Shown: positions 25,919-39,558 of the stretch, in pieces
How positions within the stretch are numbered: position 1 is the first letter of the stretch
How the letters are laid out: the number at the start of each line of letters is the position of its first letter
Assembly: GCF_001194135.2 (NCBI RefSeq)
Contig: NC_068981.1
Span: 66,598,835-66,662,834 of the forward strand
DNA from: Octopus bimaculoides
Taxonomy: Eukaryota
Length of the DNA: 64,000 nt
Direction: 5' to 3'
Made by a program: the position numbers and the translations under genes
The notes under the pieces: model-generated
Told to the model about the DNA's origin: nothing
What the model saw: the letters and a program-made list of their open reading frames with translations, nothing else
Databases searched by the model: none

Positions 25919-25920
25919 GT

Positions 25921-26019
25921 GTATTGTAGAAATATAACCAATTTATTGCACAACAACTTTGATAGCAAAATCTTATATGAACTTCCAGGGGCTATATGGT
26001 CCCCAGTTGAGAACCACTT
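25921..26019. mobile_element. Right end of a hAT-like MITE
   Basis: Ends in gttgagaaccactt followed by atctagag (NTCTAGAN target); left end not found. Confidence 0.4.
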
Positions 26020-26807
26020 ATCTAGAGGTTCATTCACTGGCCTGCTTATGTCTTGTAGTTTTAATTACTGTAGTTGTTGTTTAGCCCAACATCAGCACAG
26101 ATCAAGCAGACCTGTGATCAAAGGCATTTTAACTTTTTATCAGACATAGTGTATCTTGGAATACAGGATTCAAAATTCAACAACTTTTTGAGAGGGTATA
26201 TTGAAATTTGAGTATTTAGCAAGATGGGTGCTAAGAAAGCTTATAGCCATTGTGTTGGCTATAAGCAATTTGAGGCACTTTGCTTGCATGTGGCCGTTTG
26301 TGATATTTTGTATGGCATGTGTAATATCATGATAATATGAACATAAAAGCTTTTTCACTAAAATTTTGTAACACAATCTTTTGGGCTGACTTTTAATTTA
26401 AACATTTTGTCTCTTTCTTTTTTGCTTCTGAACTTTACAAAAGAATTAAAATCCATGAAAGCAAGGTAGATTTGGAAAAAGAAAGTATTACATAAAATAG
26501 ATACACACAAATTAAGTAATGCTTATTTAGAGGAATGTTATCAAGTCTTTTGAAGCCATAAATTTTTAAAATTCAGAAAATTTCAATTTTCATTGGAAAT
26601 CAGCTGAATTCAAAGGGATATTCCACAGGCAGGCTTTTGTCTCAACAGTTTTTTTTTGAGAAATAACTTGCTCTCAATTGTATTTCGACATCTGCTTGGA
26701 ACTGTAAATGGTTGTATCACTTGAATTTCTCCAAAGTTTGATATATATCTTTTAAATTTGTTTATGGGAAACTTTTATAAATTCCACCCTAGGATTATTG
26801 TTGTTAT

Positions 26808-26841
<34 letters not shown>

Positions 26842-26944
26842 TAAAAGGGTATCTGTGAGTGATGCTATCTGTGAGACTCTCAGCTTTTTTAGCTGCTATT
26901 TTCTGAACTTCAGTATATGGTGAAGCAAATATTTTGCTGATCCC

Positions 26945-27019
<75 letters not shown>

Positions 27020-28877
27020 AATATACATAAATGCTGAATGATGAAAATGAGTGCTCAACACTGCATTGGTGGATTTAATTTCTTTATTTGGGAATTAAGG
27101 CTACCATTGGTTTTATGTTAAGAAAAGTAGGAAAATATCCTAGTGTCTTAACAATTTCTCAAGCCAATCACATGGAGAAAGGTGTTTGCTTCTATTTTGG
27201 AAAACACAGCCATTTTGGCGGCTGAGTTCTGCAAAAGAGACTGAGAAAATAAGTACCAGACTACCAGGCTTGATCTGTTTGACAAACCCTTCAAAAGCAG
27301 TGCTATAGCATGGTTGTAGTCCAGTGACTAAACAGTTAAAACAATAAAAAGATAAAAAAAAGTTGTCTCTGGAGTTGTTCCAAAATCTAAAAACAACGAG
27401 AAGGGAGAGAACTCCAACAACATCAGCTACTTGAAATTTAAAAAAAATAAAGATGATCTAGTTAGGAGCGGAACTTTTGTCTTTAGAACCAACTGGTGTC
27501 AGCAACTCAACTTACATTCATTAAAATTCAGCCACTAACTATCTGTTAAAAGTTAACTTTTAAGGTTATTTGAAAAGATAGTTGGTTTTTCTATCATAAT
27601 TTCATATTTGGCGGGGGGAAGACCTCCCCACCCATTTTTTTGGTTATTTTATTATTTTATTTTTGTCTGTCTTTTCTGTAAAGTAACTGCTGTTTATTCA
27701 GCTTTTTATTGTATCCCATGGTTTCTGAGGTCTACAAGGTCTCAGCATTCATGCTGTCATTGATTTCAGTTTAAGAGCTGTTTGTTTTTTGTTCTCATAA
27801 ATTGCTCTCATATTCTTTAACTCCCCTCAGTTTACCTAATTGGAAATAATAGTGCCAAGTCAAAGAGGGCGGAAGCAATCAACAACCAAAGTCTGAGGAA
27901 ACTAGTCATGATTTTTGTTTCCCTCCTTCTCCTCTCAATTTGAAAAAAGTTTATAAAACTCATAAAATAATTCTACAGCATAAGTTCCTGTCACATATGA
28001 GATGTCTGAGGTATTTGTTTTGATATTTTGGGAAAATTGAAAACAGGCCATATCTGAAGTGTCAGATAACATTTCTCTGTATGGTATACAAATTTATTTC
28101 ATAAATTTTATATAGATGACTGTTTAGTAACTTGCTATATCATGTGATCACATGATCAATCAGGCTATCAGATGTTGTTACACATCGCTGGTTACAGTGT
28201 GCTTTTGCATTGTTTTAGCCTTCGAATGACACCGCCCTGCTGGCTATGCGAGCAGGCCAACATTCCCCACTGATCAAAGGGGGACTGGGGCAATGTGAAA
28301 TGAAATTTTTTGTTTAAGAACACAATGCACTGCCCAGTCAGGGAATTGAACTCATGACCTAGCAATCATGAGTGCAACAGTCTAATCACTAGGTCACATG
28401 CCTTCTCACTTGCTATATAATTCAATAAAATCATAATAATTTAAGAAAATTATAATGCAGGCATAGAGCAACCTTTTTTGAGGAGTGGGCTGCATAAGAC
28501 ATGCCTCATCATCAGGTAAGCTGCACTGCTAAAAACAAGATTCAAGGTAAAATTTAGTTAGGTATATCATTCAGAAAGTCCCATGAGCTGCAGTTTGCCT
28601 GTGAATGTTGTAATGAATGAGGGAGGTCAGACTGGGATTTTCATGATATATCAATGAGGAAACAATCATATTTCATTTAATTTTACTGGCTGATTGTGAC
28701 CTTATTGCTGTTGCCGCTTAGCATCAGGTCAAATCTACTTGAGCAAGCCTTGATCACAGGCATTCCAACCATGACCATCCTGTATTTTTGGGATCGGTAA
28801 AATTTCATTATTCAGTGCTTCTTATCCTTTCCCAAGATGGTTGGGCATGATTTGAGGTATTCTGGCTGCTACTTCTA

Positions 28878-29107
28878 TTTCTTTACTGCCCACAAGGGGC
28901 TTCACACAGAGGGGACAAACAAGGACAGACAAATGGATTAAGTCGGTTGTATCGACCCCTGTGCGTAACTGGTACTTATTTAATCGACCCCGAAAGGATG
29001 AAAGGCAAAGTCGACCTCAGCCAAATTTGAACTCAGAACATAGCGGCAGACGAAATACCGCTAAGCATTTCACCTGGCGTGCTAATGTTTCTGCCAGCGC
29101 GCCGCCT
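28878..29107 (-). mobile_element. Meta-like SINE with 15-bp TSD, inserted in an older repeat
   Basis: tggctgctacttcta at 28863-28877 and 29108-29122. Confidence 0.9.
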
Positions 29108-29906
29108 TGGCTGCTACTTCTAGGAGGTCAAATAACCACGTAGAAGCTCCCTCATTGGTTCTCTTGTCTTTGTGTTATTCTGACCTGGCAAGTGGTTGTG
29201 GTTTGTGCAAATTTGGCTATCAGCCTTGTAGTTCAATGATCATGGTTTGTTATTCCATAGCAACAGGGCATACTGTTCTTTATTAAAGCAATTGACTCTT
29301 ACCAAACTAGTTCATCTAGTTATAAATAGATGCCATGGATATCTATTTATAGAATCTTAGATTACATAACTATAACAGCTTGTGAGCATTAATGGATGTG
29401 GTTGTGTCTTGTTGTTAGCACTGCAATATCTCTATGAATAAAGCTAATGCTGTATGTCTTATTACTGGCACTGCAGTGTTACCATGACCATGTTGATATT
29501 TAATGTCCTGTTTCATAGTGCCATTGCAACGTCACTATCAATCAATTTGACATTTCATGTTGCACAATTAACTCTACAACTTCTCTTTGATCAAATTGAC
29601 AATTGACATAATGTCATTGACTCTGTAATGTTATAATGAGTTGGAACTTGATGTCTTGTCATTGACATTTCACTCTAGTCATGAACCAAGTTGACAATCC
29701 ATATCGTATCGACACTCTACTGTTACTTTGAGAAAGTTGGCAGTTCATGACTTGTCATTGACACCACAATGTCTCCATGACCAAATTGACTAGTTATGCT
29801 TTGTTAGACACCGCAGGGCTTTAACATTTCAATGACCAAGTCCAAGAAGTTGGAATTTGTTTTGTGTGTGTGCAGCAGCAGCAGTACTATAGCCTAACTT
29901 GCACTG

Positions 29907-29960
29907 CTGTTGGAATAAAATCTTCCTCTCCTCCAGGAGAGAAAGATTTTATTCCAACAG
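29907..29960. repeat. 54-nt near-perfect hairpin
   Basis: ctgttggaataaaatcttcctctcc-tcca-ggagagaaagattttattccaacag; 24 of 25 pairs. Confidence 0.9.
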
Positions 29961-30941
29961 AATTTGAACATAGAGCGAGATCGTTGCCAGTGCCGCTGGA
30001 CTGGCTTCTGTGCAGGTGGCACGTAAAATACACCATTTTGAGCGTGGCCGTTGCCAATACCGCCTGACTGGCCTTTGTGCCAGTGGCCTGTAAAAGCATC
30101 CACTACACTCTCGGAGTGGTTGGTGTGAGGAAGGGCATCCAGCTGTAGAAACTCTGCCAAATCAGATTGGAGCTTGGTGTAGCCATCTGGTTCACNNNNN
30201 NNNNNCCAAATCAGATTGGAGCTTGGTGTAGCCATCTGGTTCACCAGTCCTCAGTCAAATCGTCCAACCCATGCTAGCATGGAAAGCAGACGTTAAACGA
30301 ACGAACGATGAGGGAGCAATTTATCTCTCATCTGTTTAAAGCTAAATGTAAGCCCTTGTATAGAATTTACAATAACATTATAAAACATTCTCGTATGTGA
30401 TTAGCTTTAGATTATAAATGTAGAAACATTGAAAAATATGTAAATAAATTATCAAGCTGTAGATTGAAGCAAATGCAGCTATGAAAAAATAGTTTATAAT
30501 ATATCAGATTAAAAAAACTGCTTGAATGGAAAAAAACATCCCCCAAAAGCTGAAAGCTATGCATTGGATTTAAACTACACATTTTGTATTAAAATGCCAA
30601 TTTGGTACCATGACAGTTGAGAAGAAATGTAATACACTTTTCAATGTGTGAAAAGTATTTTAAGTCTGTGGAAACACCAAGGCTGGGAATTCAGTATACA
30701 AAAGATTCAGGCTCCCAAATCCAACTTTTCAATTAATTGCATACCTTACCCCAACTCTATTCATAGGTGTAGGTGTAGCAAGAAGTTTGCTTTCCAACAT
30801 AATGGTTCCAGGTTCAATCCCACTTTGTGGCACCTTGGGCAATTGTCTTCTACTATAACCTCGGGCTGATCAAAGCTGTGTGAGTGGATTTGGTAGATGG
30901 AAACTGAAAGAAGCCTATTGTAAAAGAATATATGTGTGTGT

Positions 30942-31041
<100 letters not shown>

Positions 31042-32115
31042 CCTGCCCCACAACTTGGCAACTGGTGTTGGTGTGTTTGTGTCCTCATAACTTAGTGGTT
31101 CAGCAAAAGAACCTGATAGAATAAGTACCAGGCTTAAAAGAAAAAATAATACTGGGGTCGATTCATTTGACTAAAATTCTTCAAGGCAGTACCTCAGCAT
31201 GGCTGCAGTCTAATGACTGAAACAAGTAAAAGATAAAAGGTAGTATCACCAACACCATCTCCTTGTTTCATGGTATCACCAACTCTAACTTCTCTGTTTG
31301 TAATTAGACTTATCACATGTTTTTTTATATCGATTCAAAGCACACAATGTTTAGAGATATTGTAAACTCTCAGGTTAGTTTTTAATACCCTAACCTGTAA
31401 AATTTGGGTTTAAAGGCTACAGCTTTGCCTTTGTAGCATTTCTGTCTTGTATTATTCATTAAAGAATTTACAAACAATTAAGCATAAGACAAAAAAAAAA
31501 CACAGAAAATAAAAAAAGAAAGAGGCTGTTTTTATCAAAAGGCTACAAAGTGAAAAGGATATCAAAGAAATCAACTATAAAAATACTATAAAAGAAAATC
31601 AGGAACATCTCTGTTTACCATTTCAAAAATTGTCAACTACATCAAAGTTAAAACTAAAAAAAGTGAACACCTAAAGCAACTTAACAAATGACCATTTAAA
31701 AGAAATAAACTCAATTAGATACATAACCCTTCCTTTTAAAGATTAAAGCATTGTTTGAATATAAAATTTAAGTGGATGTAACATGAAAGATTATGTTAAA
31801 TGAGATGATACACCCCCCCCCCCCCCNNNNNNNNNNNNNNCCACACACAGTGAATTGTAATGGTTTATTATAGGTGCAGTATAGGAAAGTGAAGTTCTCT
31901 TGACTTCACAGTCACAAGGCTCCAGGTTTGATCCATCTGAGTGGCATCTTGAGCAGGCATCATTTTTATAATTGTGGCTCAGTATGCCTTTTACGTACCA
32001 ATTCATTGAATCTGGTAAGGACAGTTGATCAAACAGCTGGAAACTCATGGTCAGAAATTCTGACTGAGATCTATTATATGTGTGTGCGTGCATTCGCATA
32101 TGTATATATGTGTGC

Positions 32116-32187
<72 letters not shown>

Positions 32188-32541
32188 GCGTGTGTTTGTA
32201 TAGATATGTATATAATTTTATCTTGTATTTATTGTATATTAACATAGCAAGTCCATAACAGATGTTATCTCTGGACAAATATTGCAGTAACTGCGCCTAT
32301 TAACAGTGTATATACATTAAATATGATACACAAATGGTTATTTTATGTGAATACTGTCTCATTTGCATATATCAGATAGGCGCAGGACTGGCTGTGTAGT
32401 AAGTAAGCTTGCTTACCAACCACATGGTGCCGGGTTCAGTCCCACTGCGTGGCACTTTGGGCAAGTGTCTTCTACTATAGCTTCAGGCTGACCAAAGCCT
32501 TGTGAGTGGATTTGGTAGACGGAAACTGAAAGAAGCCTGTC

Positions 32542-32589
<48 letters not shown>

Positions 32590-33519
32590 NNNNNNNNNNN
32601 NNNNNNNNNNNNNNNNNNNNNNNNNNNNNNNNNNNNNNNNNNNNNNNNNNNNNNNNNNNNNNNNNNNNNNNNNNNNNNNNNNNNNNNNNNNNNNNNNNNN
32701 NNNNNNNNNNNNNNNNNNNNNNNNNNNNNNNNNNNNNNNNNNNNNNNNNNNNNNNNNNNNNNNNNNNNNNNNNNNNNNNNNNNNNNNNNNNNNNNNNNNN
32801 NNNNNNNNNNNNNNNNNNNNNNNNNNNNNNNNNNNNNNNNNNNNNNNNNNNNNNNNNNNNNNNNNNNNNNNNNNNNNNNNNNNNNNNNNNNNNNNNNNNN
32901 NNNNNNNNNNNNNNNNNNNNNNNNNNNNNNNNNNNNNNNNNNNNNNNNNNNNNNNNNNNNNNNNNNNNNNNNNNNNNNNNNNNNNNNNNNNNNNNNNNNN
33001 NNNNNNNNNNNNNNNNNNNNNNNNNNNNNNNNNNNNNNNNNNNNNNNNNNNNNNNNNNNNNNNNNNNNNNNNNNNNNNNNNNNNNNNNNNNNNNNNNNNN
33101 NNNNNNNNNNNNNNNNNNNNNNNNNNNNNNNNNNNNNNNNNNNNNNNNNNNNNNNNNNNNNNNNNNNNNNNNNNNNNNNNNNNNNNNNNNNNNNNNNNNN
33201 NNNNNNNNNNNNNNNNNNNNNNNNNNNNNNNNNNNNNNNNNNNNNNNNNNNNNNNNNNNNNNNNNNNNNNNNNNNNNNNNNNNNNNNNNNNNNNNNNNNN
33301 NNNNNNNNNNNNNNNNNNNNNNNNNNNNNNNNNNNNNNNNNNNNNNNNNNNNNNNNNNNNNNNNNNNNNNNNNNNNNNNNNNNNNNNNNNNNNNNNNNNN
33401 NNNNNNNNNNNNNNNNNNNNNNNNNNNNNNNNNNNNNNNNNNNNNNNNNNNNNNNNNNNNNNNNNNNNNNNNNNNNATATATACGTACAAATATATGCAT
33501 ACCTACATCTACCTGTATA

Positions 33520-33885
33520 TATAGGTGCATATCTGGGTACAGGACGTTGCAAACAAAACGTAGACAAAAAATAATAATAACCAGAGTACAGAAAACACAC
33601 AGGCCACATAGAGAACATTTTCCTTCATCAGCTGCCACCATTCTAACACAGGCGTTTATATATACATATGCATATATGGGTACAGGATATCACCAACAAT
33701 AAACAAAATGAACTACGAAAACAAATGAGTTCAATACACAAACAACAAGAGAAACAAATGGTAAACAAGACAAGTAACACAAAGAATGTCCCTTCATCTT
33801 GTTTGTGTATTGAACTCATTTGTTTTCGTATTTCATGTTGTTTACTGTTGGTGACGTCCTGTACCTGTATATGCATGTGTGTACA
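33520..33885. repeat. Two related gggtacagga...cttcatc modules plus an inverted copy forming an ~85-bp-arm foldback
   Basis: ~33661-33745 is the reverse complement of ~33799-33883 (about 85%). Confidence 0.7.
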
Positions 33886-33899
33886 TATTTATATGTATA

Positions 33900-33954
<55 letters not shown>

Positions 33955-34039
33955 CAGTGGACTGAGATGTTTGGTGTCATGGGGTTCTTGAGAAGACCTG
34001 CCCACCTTAGTGAAATTGAGTGTTGGAAGAGCTATGTAT

Positions 34040-34650
34040 CCCCCCTCCCCATTGAATCAAATTACATCTCTTCATTTACTGTGCTTGTCTCTTCCCCTGC
34101 TGCTCCTGCAAGCCAATACTGCTTCGTCATTTCTCTCTCCTGTCCTCTCCTTGCCAACTGTATCATTGATTATGATCTGGCTCCCATGTATACTCCTCTT
34201 CACCACTCATCACAATCCCACTCTCCTCCCCTCTCTCCCTCTGCACTTTCATGAACTCCCTGTTCACGCTGTCCAGTCCTCTGTACCTCTCCACTTATAT
34301 TCACCTCCGTTTACCTTGAAGGTATGCCCTGGCACATTTCACTACTTCCTCTCTCTCTCTCTCTGACTTGGGTAACCTTGTATCTCTTCTACAGCCAGAC
34401 ACCTAATTCTGTCCCTCTATTATAGTTTATCCCCTCAGTTGAGGGATCTTTGTCTTGCAAGTTACTTGGTGACCCTTCTAGTGCTGGTATCATGTAAAAA
34501 GCATCCAATATAATCTGTAAAGTGATTAGCATAAGGAAGGGCATCCTGCTATAGAAGAAGCCATGCCAAATTGCCTGCAGAGCCTAGTGTAGCCCTTTTG
34601 CTTGCCAGCTCCTGTCAACCTATCCAATCCATTCCAGCATGGAAAACGAT
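34040..34650 (+). mobile_element. Pyrimidine-rich retroposon 3' region ending in the shared tail module
   Basis: CT-rich body then gcaagttacttggtgacc...gtaaaaagca...ggaagggcatcc...agcatggaaaacg; similar block at ~58260-59190. Confidence 0.5.
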
Positions 34651-35756
34651 GGGCCTCTTTCAGTTTCCATCAGCCAGATCTACTGACATAGCTTTGATCA
34701 TTCCAAGGTTAGTAGAAGACGTCTATCAAAGGTGCCATGGTGAGGTATTGAACCTGAAATCATATTGTTGGGAAGCACACTTCTTAACGCACATCCATGC
34801 CTGTGCCTACAATATATATATATATATATATATATATGGATGTCTGTTGAACTTGCTTCCCTATTAATATGCTGACCAAAATAGACATAGTATAGAAGCT
34901 ACGAAAGAAAAAAGAGTAAATGAAACAAAATCGTTTGTTTATAATACAGTTGTCAAAACATGCAAAATATTTCTAATGCATCAATCAGAACAAGATTTTG
35001 TAGAGGAGATTTAACAGTGATTGATACAAACATACACAACAACAGAGAAACAAGGAGAGAAAATAAACAAGTAAGGTAGGTGAAATGACGTGTCTTATAA
35101 ATGCTAAAACAAGCAAGAATGGGAGAAAATATTTAAAGAAATATGATTTCTTTTATATAGGAAAGGAATTTTCTCATAAAACAGCTGGGGGCTTAGATGC
35201 ATTAGAGCAAAGTGATTAGTTTGGTCTTTTAAAAATAATTTTCAAATCAAGGCAAATTTAGCCAAAATTTTTAATCACTTGCATCAGTGAAATCCTAATA
35301 TCACTTTTAGTTTTAAAAATGAGTTAAAATCAATATGAGCTATGAAATTATTAAAATTTCAGCTTTTCAGTTGACTTTTCAATATTGTTTTTGCATAATG
35401 CAAATGTAGTTGCGGAAAAAAAAATGTAAATTGAATAAAATGAAGTCAAAATTTTCTTTATTAGTTATTAAAATTTAGTAGGTAATTTGATCAATTATGG
35501 AAGAAAGAATAAAGAAGTTCACATTATGAGTTGTTGCTTAGCCCCAAGTCAACTCGGATTGAACAGAACTATGATCAAATGGGGTCCCACCATCTTTTCT
35601 GTATTTTGGCAATTACACTGTCCATTGTATCCTGATTTCTTTAAAACAGTTGGTGTGATTTGAAGAAGTTTTATTGCTGTTTCCAGCAAGCTGAGTGATC
35701 ATGTAGAGGCTATTCTGTTTGCTTGTCCTTTATGAGTTCAATGTAGTATGTACAGT

Positions 35757-36139
35757 GGAGGCGCAATGGCCCAGTGGTTAGAGCAGTGGACTCGCGGTCA
35801 TAGGATCACGGTTTCGATTCCCTGACTGGACATTGTGAGTGTTTATTGAGCGAAAACACCTAAAGCTCCACAAGGCTCCAGCAGGGGATGGTGGCGAACC
35901 CTGCTGTACTCTTTCACCACAACTTTCTCTCACTCTTTCTTCCTGTTTCTGTTGTACATGTACTTCAAAGGGTCATCCTTGTCACACTGTGTCACGTTGA
36001 ATATCCCCAAGAACTACGTTAAGGGTAGATGTGTCTGTGGAGTGCTCAGCCACTTGCACGTTAATTTCACAAGCAGGCTGTTCCGTTGATTGGATCAACT
36101 GGAACCCTTGACGTCGTAAGCGATGGAGTGCCAACAACA
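35757..36139 (+). mobile_element. Full-length tRNA-derived SINE with 12-bp TSD
   Basis: A-box TGGCCCAGTGG, B-box GGTTTCGATTCC, (CAA)n tail; agtatgtacagt at 35745-35756 and 36140-36151. Confidence 0.9.
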
Positions 36140-36737
36140 AGTATGTACAGTTTATGTTATGGAATATGACATTATACAAACATTGGTGTTAGTAATTCTG
36201 TTACTGGCTTAAGTTGTTGGACTGTGGCCATGTTGGAGCACCATTGCCTTCTAGGTTTTCAGATCATATTGACTCCAATATTTATTTTAGTATGGTATTT
36301 ATTTTACTGTATCTGTTTATCAAAATGATCATGTTACCAAGGGATGCAGCTTGATGCATCCATTTTCACTGGTACATATATACATGCATGCACACTCTTT
36401 GGTTTTAACAAATATGAGAAAAAGTATGCAATCCCAAAGGAGAATTTAATAGTTTACATAGGCTAATTCAGTAACCTGTTACTCTGGAGGTTCCTTTCTC
36501 ATGTTGATTTTTCAGACAGGAATAGACTGGATGATGGGTAAAAATATTACTGCAATGATAGATAGACTTGGACACACGGTTGGCTGAATTCACAAGCTGG
36601 TTTTTGACTGGGGTCAATCAAGGAGAAACACAAGATGAGGAAGTGAGAGAAAGGAATTACTTTGGTAATTCTTGGTATTGATCATCTCTCTTCCTTGCAT
36701 GCTAAGCAGCCATTAGTTTGCTTGTGTGTATGCATAG

Positions 36738-36777
<40 letters not shown>

Positions 36778-39520
36778 GAGATGGAGGGAGGACATTATTA
36801 TTATTTACAAGCCTACCTTAACCTCCTGTTCCTGCTACCTTTTTTCCTTTTCTTTTTGCCCACTTCTCATATCAGTTCAGCTGGTGGCCTGTGATCAGCC
36901 TCCATGTTTTCTTGTGTGTGTGTGTGTGTGTGTGTTTTTTATCTTTTGTTTCAGTCTTGAGACTGTGGCCATACTGGGGCACAGCTTTGAAAGGCTTAGT
37001 TGAACAAATCAACCCTAATACTTATTTTTTTTCTAAACCTGTTGCTTTTTCTTTTGGTCTTTTTTTTTTTTTTTGCCAAACTACTAAGTTATGGAGACAT
37101 AAATAAACCATCAGAAGTTGTCAAGAAGTGGTGGGGGATAAACACACACACACCCACCCACCCGTATGTATTACATAATCGACCAGACTATCAGATGTTG
37201 CTATACATCGCTGGCCACAGTACATTTTGCATTGTTTTAGCTTTTGAATGATGCTACCCTGGCTAGGTGAGCACCCTGGCTAGGTGAGCAGGCCAACATT
37301 CCTCCAAATCAGAAGGTTAGTTCATTGCAAGGTTACCCTTTTACAGCTCAATGGACTAGAGCAATGTGAAATGAAGTGTTTTGCTCAAGAACACAATGCA
37401 CCACCTGCTCTGGGAATTGAAATCATGATCTAACAATTGTGAGTGCAACACCCTAACCATGAGGTCATGTGCCCTCGCATGTGCACCCCCCCCACACACT
37501 CCCCTTCCTTTTTCTTTCAACAGGTGTGTTCATGTATCTACTCTACAACAAGACACCTATCCCTGTCCCTCTATACCTCTAATCTCATCAACTGGTACAA
37601 AAAGCCACCCCCCCACCCTTACTATCACTCCCGGTTGAAGATTTTTTATGCCTGTAAGTTACTTGGTGATCCTGTTGATGCTGTACTGGTGCTGTTGTCA
37701 TGTAAAAGTATTGATGCTGGTGTCTCAAAAAAAGCACCCGATATTCTTTGTAAAGTGGTTGGTATTAGGAAGGGCATCTGGCCATAGAGACAAAGCCAAA
37801 ACTGACTATGGAGCCTGGTGCAGTTCCTGGTTTTACCAGCTCCTTCCTGTCAAACTGTCTAACCCATGCCAGCATGGAAAACTGATGTTGAATGGTGATG
37901 ATGATACAATATATGTGTGTTTGTGTACACACACACACACACAAATGTACACATTTTCAGGAGTGACAGTGGAAGAAAATATTGATTTCTTTCATTTATG
38001 TAATATCAATTTTTGCAGGTATAGCAAATATAGTTGATTGAATTGTTTCCTCCCCAGCACCACTTAGTAAATATATTGCTAGTATATATATTTTATTAAC
38101 TCTGGAAGGATAAAAGGCAAAATCAACCCTGTGTGATTTGAATCAGAATCTACAGGGGACAACACAATTTACTTCAAGGCATTTAATTCAATAAAAACCT
38201 AGAAAGAAACGAAAAAAGATTATGGTATATGTGTTTGCCATAGGGACCTGTTGCTGCATTGACTCTTTCTGACCTAGACCAAAACAACTGGTCTCTTTGA
38301 ATTTTAGTGATTATATTTTAGTTCATGCTTTTTTTTTTTTTACTAACAGAATACTACAAAGGAGATTTTTAATATTTTAATGTGAAAGGGCAGTGTATTA
38401 GCAAAATTGGTACAATGGTTGTTAAAAGGCCTTGTGAGATTTAGTTGCCTATTTACATTTTGAGTTCAAATCTTACTGTAGTTGACTTGGACTTTTAATT
38501 TTTTTTTTCTTTTGCATGGGTGTATAGTGTCTGATAGAATAAGTACCAGTCATGTACTAGAGTTGATAATATTGACTACTAGCTGCTGTACCTGAGCTGG
38601 ATCCAGGTTTGTTAGTACCTAATATACAAATGAGTAGACAAGTGAAAGAAAAGTGCACTCAACACATTTAATAGGAGTTACATGTATTATTCAAAACACT
38701 TTGATTCGATTCCATACAGCTTCAAGTTTTGCAGGCTTTCAACAGAAGCTACCTTCCTGCTTCATTCTAGTTGATTTCAGCTGGAAAAAATCACTCCTCT
38801 TTCTGTTGAACTATTCCCAACCCGTACAAAGTTCTGAAGTGTAGCTAAAACACCAACAGGGGGGAAATTGCCATATTCATGGTGACCACCACACCTCTGT
38901 TGTGTTTGGACTAAGATAAAATGAAGAGCCGAAGCATTGGTATGCTCCGGCTGAGCTGGAATCCTCTGTATTTTGAATAAACTGTTTTAAAAAGATGATG
39001 ACAATCTTCAATTCATCTAGAATTGTTACATCCATATCAATGTTCAACTTGAGCATGAATTTTTGTTTCAAAATACTATTCTTATCTAAGTAGTTACACA
39101 AAATGAATTATTTTTCTAATCAGTTAATTTTTTCAATGCCTGTTGCTGTACATAGTGGTGTACAATATTTTTAGTTTATGTCTGGAACGAAAAAGATAAA
39201 ATTTCAGAAAAAATGAACAAATTAGAGTTTGCTTATGCCAGACATGGTCAAAGACTTTGCTACTGTTTGAGTTAAAAATATTGCTTTATTGAAAGTTCTC
39301 AAAGGTGAGAGACTACTGCTGTATACAAGAATAAGTTTACAAGAATAAGTTTATGTTGGGAATGTGGTTAAAGAAGAATGCTGTCTAGTGCAGAAAGCTG
39401 AAAATAGCAAATTCTTCAGCTTCAGCACCAACAACATTTGTTTGGGAGGAGTGTGAGCTAATGGGAGCTGTGTATATTGAAGTCATCAAGTATGGTAACT
39501 TTAGAGACTCAAGACAAAGG

Positions 39521-39558
<38 letters not shown>

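Noticed and set aside
35757-35830. Possible tRNA gene
   Set aside because: No complete cloverleaf; continues into a SINE body with tail and TSD.
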